In this document: positions 17,001-26,646 of the stretch, piece by piece
Layout: the number at the start of each line of letters is the position of its first letter
How positions within the stretch are numbered: position 1 is the first letter of the stretch
From: a virus
Virus record (IMG/VR): IMGVR_UViG_3300042402_002841
Coordinates: 32,001 to 96,000 of that record
DNA length: 64,000 bases
Strand: one strand, 5' to 3'
The notes under the pieces: generated by a model
Database searches by the model: none
What the model saw: the letters and a program-made list of their open reading frames with translations, nothing else
Told to the model about the DNA's origin: nothing
Made by a program: the position numbers and the translations under genes

Positions 17001-19385
17001 TTATTCTTCATCTTCAATTGCATCTAGTAATTCTTTTATTTCTTCCTCTGACATTTTTGCAATTTCTTCTAGAGTAAACCCCTCGTTTGTTAGTTTTGAA
17101 ATTTCCATTTCTGAAAATCCAATTTTTTTAGCAATTTCTTCTATTGTTACTTTGTCAGTTTCAATGCTAAATCTTCCAGATGTTAACTCTTCAAATCTTG
17201 ATTCACCATTTGGTCCGTCAATCGGCGCTTTGGCAAACAATTTTTCTAAAACTTTAGGGTCGCTTGACAAAACCAGTTGTCTTAAATTTTTTGTATATCT
17301 TTTATCTGTTATTTTCTTTTTGTCAACATCTACGCCAAGAATCCATAATATGTCACCAACAATAGGGATGCCAGGCTTTCCTAGCCTTGATTGATGTGTA
17401 TTTGTTCTACCAGATTTATACTTCATAAATGGCAAAACTTTTTCCTTAAAGAACTTTTGTATTTCGCTTCCTTCTGGAAAAGAAACCTTTATAACAGGAC
17501 CGTATTCAACTGTGAACCCAGCGTTTTCTAGTCCCTTATATGCTTCGGCACCTGTGTAGGTGGAGGCGAGACCGCTACGACTATTTCCGTTTGCTGTTTC
17601 AACCCATCTATCTGCCCATTTTTTACCACCAGCAAACTCTTCAAACTTTCTGCTGTCAAATACCTCAAAATCTTCATCTCTTACTTTTTTGGCAATAAGT
17701 TTTGGTGAAGAGCCTTCTGGTATATCGTTATCCCAGAGATAAAATTCATCAAGTAAATCTTCTTCAAAAGCAGAACTTATAATTCTTGGAAGTGTGGCAG
17801 CCATATGGGATGTGTTATCTGGTATGTATCTACCTGTTTCTTCTGTTCTTTTTCTTATTCTTTGTGAGGCAACTCTTTGTGGAACATGAACCCAATGACC
17901 TCTTACCGACTCGCCTCGCGACCTGGCTTCTCTCATATGTTGAATTTGACGACGCGCTCCAGCACCCATGATTACCATGTTTAAATTATCGGCTGCTGAG
18001 TCGGATATAACTTTGTCTGTAACTACCTGAGACTCCCTGTGTACGGCACCTGCGCCAGCACCATCGTTGTATCCAACAAGTCCTTTTTTAATAAAATCAG
18101 GGTCAATAACCGCCGCTTCTTCGGAAGAAGGAACTAAACCTTTAGGAACCAGGTGTCCATCAAAGACAGTGCTTTTACCAGAACCTGTGTTTCCACCAAT
18201 AATGTAGGTCACTCTCTGTTCGCTGCCATCATTCTTGGATTTAACCATGCTTCTGATAATTTTACCCATTGCTCTTCCACCTAGATTTCTAAATGGATTT
18301 GTTGGGCTTGCTTCTGGATTGTTTAGCCCATCAATGGTTACAGATTTTTGCGGTTTCGTCATTCGTTGTGGGCCTCTTCTTTGGCCTGCAACAGTTGTTC
18401 CAGTTCTTGATGCTAAGCCAGAAGCATTCCCAGGACCATCATATGCCCCAATTGGTTCTGCCCTAAAGTCATCAATTTCCGAAGGAGACATTGATGACAT
18501 CCACTTTCTAATGGCGGAAATTTCTGAATTATCAAATTCTCTGTCTTGCACTTTCGGTTGACCAGAGGGGGGCTTTGGCGCGCCAGGAACATTAGGTCTT
18601 TCAAATGGCGTTCCATCTTGCAGTAAGCCGTCTTCATCTCCGTCAAAAGCATTAGGGTCAAATCGTGCAGAAACAAATCTTGCGGTATTACGCAGTTTGG
18701 GGCCTAGAGATTTTCCAAGCAGTTCTTCTGGAATGCTTTTTTTTCTTCTTTTTAATTCTTCGCGAACAACAGTTCTTACAACAGTGTTTCTTTTTTTTCC
18801 TTGATTTAATCTGCCAAGTGCAGTCATTCCCGTAAGATTGTTGTAATCACTCAAGTTTGTGCATGGCATCCAAACGGTTTTGCCACCTTTTGACATCCTT
18901 CTGCTAACACCAATACATCCAAGTTGTCGTGACCTTTTGCGAGCAGATTCAATATCAACAAAAACATCTGGGTCATTGTCTCTAGGCATATAAGCAGGCT
19001 GAATGCTCTTTGTTGACATATTGGGAGGAGTAGTGTTCCCGTATGTCATTGGTGGAATACTTCCTCCGCTTATTGCGTTTGCAGATGTCCTTGAGTTCCC
19101 AGAAACAAGCCCACCGCCTTCAAGAGTGTCAATACCGAGAATTCTTCGTTCTCTTAATTTTTCCCATCTTTTTTTGCGCTTCTTGCCTTTTGCTTTTCTT
19201 GCCGAAGACCATTTTTGAACATCGTCAAGAGACATTCTTGACTTTATTTCATTTGTCAGAATTAAAAATTGCTTAGTTGAAGAGCATGGCATCCATTCTC
19301 CAGTAGGCAATCTATGGGCACCAAAACATCCAAGTTCAGCAGATGCTCTTACTGCTGCAATCTGTTTAGAAAGTTCGCTTTCCAT
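17001..19385 (-). CDS. Multidomain head-cluster protein: two LGCxG..WMPC motifs, DGDEDG tag, GLAS-flanked zeta-toxin-like P-loop kinase
   Basis: GGNTGSGKS Walker A, IDPDFIK, VHRES, RIRKRTEETGRYIP, LWDN. Confidence 0.8.
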   Translation of the reverse strand: MESELSKQIAAVRASAELGCFGAHRLPTGEWMPCSSTKQFLILTNEIKSRMSLDDVQKWSSARKAKGKKRKKRWEKLRERRILGIDTLEGGGLVSGNSRTSANAISGGSIPPMTYGNTTPPNMSTKSIQPAYMPRDNDPDVFVDIESARKRSRQLGCIGVSRRMSKGGKTVWMPCTNLSDYNNLTGMTALGRLNQGKKRNTVVRTVVREELKRRKKSIPEELLGKSLGPKLRNTARFVSARFDPNAFDGDEDGLLQDGTPFERPNVPGAPKPPSGQPKVQDREFDNSEISAIRKWMSSMSPSEIDDFRAEPIGAYDGPGNASGLASRTGTTVAGQRRGPQRMTKPQKSVTIDGLNNPEASPTNPFRNLGGRAMGKIIRSMVKSKNDGSEQRVTYIIGGNTGSGKSTVFDGHLVPKGLVPSSEEAAVIDPDFIKKGLVGYNDGAGAGAVHRESQVVTDKVISDSAADNLNMVIMGAGARRQIQHMREARSRGESVRGHWVHVPQRVASQRIRKRTEETGRYIPDNTSHMAATLPRIISSAFEEDLLDEFYLWDNDIPEGSSPKLIAKKVRDEDFEVFDSRKFEEFAGGKKWADRWVETANGNSRSGLASTYTGAEAYKGLENAGFTVEYGPVIKVSFPEGSEIQKFFKEKVLPFMKYKSGRTNTHQSRLGKPGIPIVGDILWILGVDVDKKKITDKRYTKNLRQLVLSSDPKVLEKLFAKAPIDGPNGESRFEELTSGRFSIETDKVTIEEIAKKIGFSEMEISKLTNEGFTLEEIAKMSEEEIKELLDAIEDEE

Positions 19386-19744
19386 TACAGGACACCAAAT
19401 GGGACTCCAGGAGAATCTTCGTCAAGTCCTTCTAACTCAAGAGCCTTTTCAAATGCTTCTACTTTTCCCTCATAGTCTTTTCCGTATCTTTTTTGATACA
19501 AACGAGCCTCTTCTATGTCATCTTCCCATTTGACATTAACAGTAGAAAACATTCTTTCAAATGCGTCTTCGTCTCCAGAACGCATCTTTGAAATGATTCT
19601 TTGTTCTTCTTTTAAAACATCATCCATAAACCCGTCACGCTTTTTGCGCGAGATGGTAAAAGGAGGAAAATCCATATATGAACTGTATTCTTCATGCTTT
19701 GTTTTCCACAAATCAAGTTGTTCTTTTGAGTATTTATTTTCCAT
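19385..19744 (-). CDS. Acidic hypothetical protein
   Basis: 119 aa, translationally coupled (TAATG) to the zeta-domain gene. Confidence 0.7.
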   Translation of the reverse strand: MENKYSKEQLDLWKTKHEEYSSYMDFPPFTISRKKRDGFMDDVLKEEQRIISKMRSGDEDAFERMFSTVNVKWEDDIEEARLYQKRYGKDYEGKVEAFEKALELEGLDEDSPGVPFGVL

Positions 19745-19749
19745 TTTAA

Positions 19750-22700
19750 CTACTTCTTAACTCCAGTTCCCCATGTTTGGACCAGATAGTCTCTTCTTGC
19801 TATAAGAGTATCTGCCAAATTCTTTGCTTCCGCACTGTCTGTTACGACATCGTTAACCATTTTTCTAATATCTGCGTCAGAAAGTGCTCCAATTGATGCT
19901 ACTTGTCTAGCGATTTCTTGCGCTGGAATATCGCTAAAGTACATGGCACCCAAAGAATTAATGCCTGGAGCACGCAATGACTCCATTTCTCCAACTATTG
20001 GTCCAAACGCTGAGCCCTTTGAATCACCTCTTGCTCGGAAAAGACCAGCACCACCAGTATCAATGATGTACGCCTCCCCATCTGCGCCCATCTTAATATT
20101 GTCGCCATTGCCAGTACCGTCCCAGTTAGCCAACCATGCGCTTGCTACAAAAGTATCTTGAACAGACTTCTTCCACTTAGGATTTCTAACCTCGGCGCTA
20201 TGATTAACGCTCCTTGAACCATCAAGCCATTCACTAAATACGCCTGGTCCAGATGATTGACCCGAAATGTGTGCAGTTCCTCCGCTATTTTTCGCAGCGC
20301 GGACACCTAGTCTTTCGTAAAGTTTTGACATCAGAACCTCGTTTTCAGCATGAAGTTGTGATTTTTGTTTCTTTACATAGAATTTTTTTCCATTTGGGTC
20401 TTCAAATTCTGCCCCAGGCTGAGAACCGCCTTGAGGCCCTACCTGTTTCCATGACTTGTTGTCAAGACTGCCAGAAGAACCGCCACCTTTGCGACTAGAT
20501 TTTTTCACCTTGGTCTTTTTATCAGTTGCTTTAACACGCTCGCCCTTGCCAACCTTCTTGATATCAGCAAGAATCATTGGCTGATTTACTGCAACCATTG
20601 CGCCTCTGTTGTGCATAACAATTCTTCCATCTCCAAACCCAAAGTCAATTCCATCGTATCCCAGAAATCCAGCATGAACAGTTGCGTCAGCATCGGCCAT
20701 TCTGTTTAAAAATTTCAAAGTCTCAATCGCTTGGTCTTTTTTAGCCGTTTCCTTGGGGCCAACTGTTTTCATCCAACTGAATACGCCTTGGTAAAGTTTG
20801 CCCCATTCCGTATTCCACACATCACTATCTGCTGGAATCATTTTACTAAGCGTCTCTTCAATTTCTTGAGCAAGTTCTTGAGCGTTGAGTTCTTTGTCCC
20901 ATCTTCCGCCGCTTCCAGGCCCAGTTATATATGCATCAACAGCATTGTTTAAGATTCTATGGTGCTCTCTGAAAGAATTTGCTTGAGCGCTTGTTGCTAT
21001 TCTGTCTTTTTTAACCATTCCTATAACGCCGTCAGCCTGTTTTCCGTCTTTACCACCGAAGTATGATTCCCATCCGCCGTCTTGATATGACCAGTATTCT
21101 CCAGCGCCAACAACTGCCATTCCTTGCCCTGGAACATGTCTTTTAGGACTGTTTAGCCAAATATCTGCGTAGGCTTCTTTTTCAAAGCCTCTTTTAATTG
21201 GAATCCATCCTTGTTCAATTAAGTCTGGAATTTCATCTTCTCTAATCCATGTTGGCAGCGCATTGTATGCGTTTCCGTTCCATAAACCCTTAAGTACTTT
21301 TTTGGCTCCCTCGTTTGTTACTACTGCTTCGCCTTTTGCACCCTTTCTCTTGGAAACTTTAAATTTTCCTGACATTCCAGCAAGAATTGAAACTGCTTTA
21401 TCATCAATAACAATAGAACCATCTGGTTTTCTAAATGCGTGAAAATTCTTATTAAGCGTTGAGTTTACTTTTGACTCAATTGCTTCAGCATCTCGTCTTT
21501 TCTTAACATTGAGAAGGAATTGGTTTTTGGCTCTTCTTATTCTTCTCTTTAATGGAGAAGCCTTATCTGATGCCTCTTCAATGTCTTCAACAGCAACACC
21601 TCTACCAGTCTTGCGAAGTCTTCTTCTTTCGGCTCTTTCTGGATTTGGTCGGGTAATTCTTCTTGCAAAGTCGGCAAGTTTAGTATCGGCTTTTTTTCCG
21701 AGTCTTGCTTTTTGTCTTTTTGCTCCGCCAACTTCTTCAAAAATTGTTGAAGGTTCACCAGTTGGCAATGCTTGCTTTACCTCTTCATAATTGCCTTTTT
21801 TGGCTGTTGGTATCTTTTTGCCAAAAGATTTTTGTCTAGTTTCTGGATGCAAGTGCTCAAGCAATGACCAGTCATCACTTTTTTGCATTTGGTCAAATGT
21901 TCTTAAATCATCAAGAGCCTTTTGTTCTCTTTCAAAATCTTTTTTAAGTTTATCTATTTTTTTCTGAATCTTTGGTGCTTCTTCAGGGCTTGCGCTTGAA
22001 AGAGTACCTTCAAGTCTTGATACTTCAAGACGCACATCATCTGAGGCATCTTCAATTGCTAAAGTTAAAGAAGTAAGAGCCTCTCCAGCGATTCTTGAAT
22101 CTTGTGACCATTCTTTTCCATCAGCATCTATTGCCGCAGTTTTCTTTTGTTTAGTGTTTTGCGAAAGAAAAGAAGACCACCAATCACCGTTTCTCTTCTT
22201 GATATCTTCCATCAGGTCTTGATATGCCTGTTTTGTGTTTTTTTCTACAACATCTTTTTGTTCTGGTGTCAAAGATTCCCACAACTGGCCATCTTTGTCA
22301 TCAACTCTGTCACGACCAGGAGTGCCTTTTAATTTTGACTTCTTCTTTGCTTTTGAACTTCTTGAAGCAAGACCGTCTACTTGTCTTTGTGTTCTTGCGG
22401 TTGAAACACGGGAACGCATACCAGACTGACCAGGCTTTTTTGCGCCAGAAGGTCTATTCTGAAGAACATTGACAACATCCGACATGAAATCTTCCATGTT
22501 TTCGTATTCACCATTATCAAAATCGTCAATATGTTCGTTGATTCTATCTTTCTGGTTTTTAGTTAATTTTGTTGACCCATCAGAACCACGGGAATTAACT
22601 AGAGAACGCAAGTCATCTGATGTTGATTTTTTGGACAGGACATCCCTGACCATATCTGTAATTTCTTTATTTGCTTGTGTTCTTGATGCAAGACCAGACC

Positions 22701-23646
22701 TGTTGGCATCAGAAGGGCTAGATGTTACGGTTCTTTGGGCGTTCTGTCCTCTGGTTCTTTTCGCAGCACCTGCACCAGCCTCCCTCAGTACACTGCGAAC
22801 ATCAACACGACCACCAGTAGAGCGGTCATTTACGCCAGGAATAGCGGGTCTTTGGTATGGGGTTCCTTCTTGAACTAGGCCGTCACCGTCTCCGTCCCAT
22901 GCTTTGGGGTCAAAATTACCTGCCCTTCTTGCAAGCCTTGCAGCGCCACCAATTCTTTGGCCAATACCTTTTTGCTCAAGGGATTCTCCAAGGCTCTTCG
23001 TTTCAAGACCGTAGATAACTCCAATGTTTTTTCTTTCATCAGTTTGAATAATTGCGTTCTTTAACTTAATGCCCAATCTTCTTTCTGTTGAGCGACCTAA
23101 GTTGTTGTCAATTCTTTGTCTAAGTGATTTAATTTCCGCTTTTGAAGGCATTGAGTTATACATTGATTTTTCAAAGTTGAATGCGTAATTATTCGCTCTT
23201 GCCTCAAAAAGAAAACTACCTTCTTTGATTTGAGTTCTCATAGTAAGCGCCTTGTAATCAACTGCGCTTGAGTATTGAGTTGTTGTAAAATGACTTATCG
23301 GTGTGTCCATTACTGCTGGAACACGAGCACTATTATCTACTGAAAAAAAACCTTTATACAAATATGACTTTGATGAAAAAATGTCATTAGATGTAGATTC
23401 TTGATAACCAAGGGAATTAATTAAAGATTTTAATGAAATTTCGTTAATATTTTTAAATGGTCCTTGAATAACTCCAGCAGGAATTTGTGATGATTCAAGA
23501 CTTTTTGTATCAACAGAGTTTGCCCACTGTGCCCATTCTCTTCCAGCACCTTCAACTCCGTAGTGCCTAATGGACATACCATCTTTGACAACGATGGCAA
23601 ATTTTTCATTACGCAGAGCGTCAAATAGTATAGATACTTGTTTCAT
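19750..23646 (-). CDS. Multidomain protein: DGDGDG tag, GLAS motifs, ART-like region, C-terminal HipA/PI3-4K-like kinase domain
   Basis: GGSQPG..FYVK..ENEVL..LYERLGV..WLANWD..DNI..IIDTG kinase pattern; KRG..GAGEYWS..GYDGI ART-like pattern. Confidence 0.75.
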   Translation of the reverse strand: MKQVSILFDALRNEKFAIVVKDGMSIRHYGVEGAGREWAQWANSVDTKSLESSQIPAGVIQGPFKNINEISLKSLINSLGYQESTSNDIFSSKSYLYKGFFSVDNSARVPAVMDTPISHFTTTQYSSAVDYKALTMRTQIKEGSFLFEARANNYAFNFEKSMYNSMPSKAEIKSLRQRIDNNLGRSTERRLGIKLKNAIIQTDERKNIGVIYGLETKSLGESLEQKGIGQRIGGAARLARRAGNFDPKAWDGDGDGLVQEGTPYQRPAIPGVNDRSTGGRVDVRSVLREAGAGAAKRTRGQNAQRTVTSSPSDANRSGLASRTQANKEITDMVRDVLSKKSTSDDLRSLVNSRGSDGSTKLTKNQKDRINEHIDDFDNGEYENMEDFMSDVVNVLQNRPSGAKKPGQSGMRSRVSTARTQRQVDGLASRSSKAKKKSKLKGTPGRDRVDDKDGQLWESLTPEQKDVVEKNTKQAYQDLMEDIKKRNGDWWSSFLSQNTKQKKTAAIDADGKEWSQDSRIAGEALTSLTLAIEDASDDVRLEVSRLEGTLSSASPEEAPKIQKKIDKLKKDFEREQKALDDLRTFDQMQKSDDWSLLEHLHPETRQKSFGKKIPTAKKGNYEEVKQALPTGEPSTIFEEVGGAKRQKARLGKKADTKLADFARRITRPNPERAERRRLRKTGRGVAVEDIEEASDKASPLKRRIRRAKNQFLLNVKKRRDAEAIESKVNSTLNKNFHAFRKPDGSIVIDDKAVSILAGMSGKFKVSKRKGAKGEAVVTNEGAKKVLKGLWNGNAYNALPTWIREDEIPDLIEQGWIPIKRGFEKEAYADIWLNSPKRHVPGQGMAVVGAGEYWSYQDGGWESYFGGKDGKQADGVIGMVKKDRIATSAQANSFREHHRILNNAVDAYITGPGSGGRWDKELNAQELAQEIEETLSKMIPADSDVWNTEWGKLYQGVFSWMKTVGPKETAKKDQAIETLKFLNRMADADATVHAGFLGYDGIDFGFGDGRIVMHNRGAMVAVNQPMILADIKKVGKGERVKATDKKTKVKKSSRKGGGSSGSLDNKSWKQVGPQGGSQPGAEFEDPNGKKFYVKKQKSQLHAENEVLMSKLYERLGVRAAKNSGGTAHISGQSSGPGVFSEWLDGSRSVNHSAEVRNPKWKKSVQDTFVASAWLANWDGTGNGDNIKMGADGEAYIIDTGGAGLFRARGDSKGSAFGPIVGEMESLRAPGINSLGAMYFSDIPAQEIARQVASIGALSDADIRKMVNDVVTDSAEAKNLADTLIARRDYLVQTWGTGVKK

Positions 23647-25652
23647 TTTTTGGCTCCAAGAATGTCCATGAGTGTGTCTCTGCTGTCTGCGTATTTACGA
23701 ATTCTCATATCAAGAATTCTCCCAATAATATTTAAGTGGGCTTTTTCTGCGTCTGTTAATTTTCCATCGCTGTAAAGGCGATTTTTGAATTGTGTAAAAT
23801 TAAATTGTCTAGCCCTTAATAGTAGAGCGTCAATCTCTCTTCTAAAGGCAAATCTTTGCTCTTGTTTTAATTTTTGAAAATATGCGGCATATGTATCGCC
23901 GTTCGGTCCATCAAGAAATTCAGAAATTGCCAACTTTTGTCTCTCCACTATTTTTACATTGTCAAGGTCAGTAAGTCCAGATGTAAAGTTGTTGGTTACG
24001 ACTGGTTTTGTTTCCGAGCCATTAGAGAGTGAAATTATTGAACCTGGGTCTCTGACTCTTTGGTCCGTAAGCCAATCAGAAACAAGCATTTTTGCCACAT
24101 CTTGAGGTTTATAGTCTGACATGGTTTTTTTTCTATCAACATTAAAACCTCTAATAAGTGTTGACGGGTCCTCAACTAAATATTTTCTTTTTTCACCAGT
24201 TCCAACAAAAAAGACATCTGGAGAATCAAGACCAAGATGCTGCTGCATATCTGATGCAAACTTTTGTCCAATATGTTCATACTTCATGGCTGGTGTGTAA
24301 AGAGTAAAACGAGACTTTGAAGGTGTTTCAAGTATTTCTCTTCTATTGTCAAGTTTTTGTTTTTTAAATACATTTGCTTTAGTTATTGCCTGCTGGAGGA
24401 TTGCGGGGTCAATATCTGCCAACGAGCGACCAGCAGTAATGTGCTCAATTGCTTCCGCAATACTTGTAATTTCCTTGCCAATTGCAGAATCTGAATCTGT
24501 TTCTCTGTCTGCATTTGTTTTTGGCTTGGCTTTTCTTCCTTTCCCAAATAATTCATCAGCCCATTTTGGAATGGCTTTTCCGCCTGGTTTTGAAACAACA
24601 TCATTTGGATTTTTGATATTTGTAAAGTTTTCTGAGTACCCAATACCATCGCCAGTTTGAAGAACAACTTCTTTTAACCTTGCTGTTGGGTCTTTAGAAA
24701 TATCAATTTGTGCAGCAGAGTTTACTGTTCTTCCAAGTTTTCTTCTTTCACCAACTGTTAACTGTCTTTTTTTCTCAAGAGATAGCGTGGAGCCACCAGG
24801 TAAAACATATGTAAGTTTTGTTACTCCAGTATTTGAAAGAAGACCAAGTTCCTGACCTCCAAGTTGAGGTAAATCTTGAACAGTTAAGATAAAGTCGGCA
24901 CCTTCCATATCCCTGTTGTCTGGAATCGCTCTGAGAACTTGCGCTGGAACTACTGGTTCCAGAACAAAGCCGTCTCTTCTAACCATTCTTGTAATTGGTT
25001 CACTAACTTGACCCATTTGAGAAACAATATTTTTTGCTGCGCTTGCTTTCGCTGCTGGGTTTGGGTTTCCAACTCTTGGAATCTGCGGTCTTCTTGACTG
25101 CACTATTGACTCTGGCGCAGTTTCTCCCGTAATTGGCGTTGAAGCACCAGCAGTTACTGCACGAGCACCACGAGCAAGCCTTCTTAAAGCACCGATAGCG
25201 GCTCCGAGTGGCGAAGGAATGTCAAACAATTTTTGTCCACACGACGAATATCTACTATCAGTAAATCTTCCACCGTACTGATAACCCTCTGGACATCTGT
25301 GTGTTCTATTTGTCCCCCCAGTGCCGCCAGGAATTCTTGGTTTACCAGGAGTAATTGCGCCCCACAAACCAGAACGAATCGGACTTCTAATTGGACTCAG
25401 GTTTCCTGGTGTGGCAGCAGAAACAACAGATTGCGCCGCTTGTCCTATGGTGGAGTGGGTTCCAAGAAGACCAACTTTTACTTCATAATTTCTTGTTAAA
25501 CCTGAACGCTTTGCTAACGCTTTAAATTCAATAATGTTTTGATTTCCATTTAAGCGCATGCGGATTACAGGGTTTGCCCTTTGAGCACTTTTAGAAGATA
25601 GTAAAGTCACCCTTCTTCTAATAAAAGAAATTTCAGAACCGTTCAACAGCAT
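23643..25652 (-). CDS. Head-cluster protein with RCPxG..RFT..C tag and degenerate kinase-like C-terminus
   Basis: RCPEGYQYGGRFTDSRYSSC; LGLDSPDV..SDWLTDQRVRDPGSII resembles HipA-like DxxxxNxDR with altered catalytic residues. Confidence 0.65.
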   Translation of the reverse strand: MLLNGSEISFIRRRVTLLSSKSAQRANPVIRMRLNGNQNIIEFKALAKRSGLTRNYEVKVGLLGTHSTIGQAAQSVVSAATPGNLSPIRSPIRSGLWGAITPGKPRIPGGTGGTNRTHRCPEGYQYGGRFTDSRYSSCGQKLFDIPSPLGAAIGALRRLARGARAVTAGASTPITGETAPESIVQSRRPQIPRVGNPNPAAKASAAKNIVSQMGQVSEPITRMVRRDGFVLEPVVPAQVLRAIPDNRDMEGADFILTVQDLPQLGGQELGLLSNTGVTKLTYVLPGGSTLSLEKKRQLTVGERRKLGRTVNSAAQIDISKDPTARLKEVVLQTGDGIGYSENFTNIKNPNDVVSKPGGKAIPKWADELFGKGRKAKPKTNADRETDSDSAIGKEITSIAEAIEHITAGRSLADIDPAILQQAITKANVFKKQKLDNRREILETPSKSRFTLYTPAMKYEHIGQKFASDMQQHLGLDSPDVFFVGTGEKRKYLVEDPSTLIRGFNVDRKKTMSDYKPQDVAKMLVSDWLTDQRVRDPGSIISLSNGSETKPVVTNNFTSGLTDLDNVKIVERQKLAISEFLDGPNGDTYAAYFQKLKQEQRFAFRREIDALLLRARQFNFTQFKNRLYSDGKLTDAEKAHLNIIGRILDMRIRKYADSRDTLMDILGAKK

Positions 25653-26239
25653 TCTCCGTCATTGCTTGTGTAGGGAAGAGATTTTGTCTCGCCATTATTA
25701 TCTTCGCCAACTATTTCCCAGTTTGAATCTTCTGATATAACTTTACAAAAGTTTGGTTCCATGTCTGAGAAATCTCTCATAACAAGTATTGCATGCTTTT
25801 CGTCTTCGTTTGTGACTACAGAATTTTCGTATTGTTCAACTTCTTCGGCTAATGATTTCTTTTTTGAACCAGACATTTTGCGAACTCTTTTACCGAATTC
25901 AGCATCAGACCAAATAGAACCACCCTTTACTCCTTTTAACTTTTTCTTACAATTCTTCATACCAGGATGGTGACAGCCTTCGTTGGGCCACAAGCCAGTA
26001 GTTTCATGATGCAACCATGCGCAGATATTATTGAGTGGATAAAGTTCTGGGTGGTCCGCAAGAATGACTTTACATCTGCGAAATCCACCTGGTTTTTTCA
26101 TGATTGGACGCCAGTAGCGAAGAAGTCTTTCAAGATTTCCTCTTCTGGGGCCACGGCCTTTAAGAACATCGCCAGTGAATTTTTCTTGCGGTAGGTCAAG
26201 CAGGATATCCTGTGGCGCTTTGTATTCATATTCGCTCAC
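25643..26239 (-). CDS. Conserved-looking phage protein with Cys/His motif
   Basis: LLRYW..PGGFRRC..CAWLHHETTGLWP. Confidence 0.7.
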   Translation of the reverse strand: MSEYEYKAPQDILLDLPQEKFTGDVLKGRGPRRGNLERLLRYWRPIMKKPGGFRRCKVILADHPELYPLNNICAWLHHETTGLWPNEGCHHPGMKNCKKKLKGVKGGSIWSDAEFGKRVRKMSGSKKKSLAEEVEQYENSVVTNEDEKHAILVMRDFSDMEPNFCKVISEDSNWEIVGEDNNGETKSLPYTSNDGECC

Positions 26240-26646
26240 TGCCTACCAACCTTATTTCTAATAATGTTTAAATTCTGTGTATGTTTTAGAGTTTTGAATT
26301 CCATGGCTCTATGATTTATTGATTTTTCTTTTGCTTTAGATTTCATAACATCTCTTGAAATCGTTAAACCCGATGTCATTGACTTTTCTATTTCTTGATT
26401 TTTTCTCAAGAATATACGCTCCCATGTTTCTGGGTCTTCGCCAGAAGCCCCATCCCACAAGTAGTCATGAAATTTCCCTAAACGCAATGGTACTAGATTA
26501 TTGGCTTTCATGGCGGTTCGCCAAAAACTAACCACCCTTGGCTTAACTCCGTCGTCAAGAACTCCGTCTTTTTGTTCGTCTTTTGAATCAAGCAAATAGT
26601 AAAGATTTTTTTCACCGTCAATAGTTGCAACTAAAACAGCCTTCAT
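26236..26646 (-). CDS. Hypothetical protein
   Basis: 136-aa ORF coupled to both neighbours. Confidence 0.7.
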   Translation of the reverse strand: MKAVLVATIDGEKNLYYLLDSKDEQKDGVLDDGVKPRVVSFWRTAMKANNLVPLRLGKFHDYLWDGASGEDPETWERIFLRKNQEIEKSMTSGLTISRDVMKSKAKEKSINHRAMEFKTLKHTQNLNIIRNKVGRQ

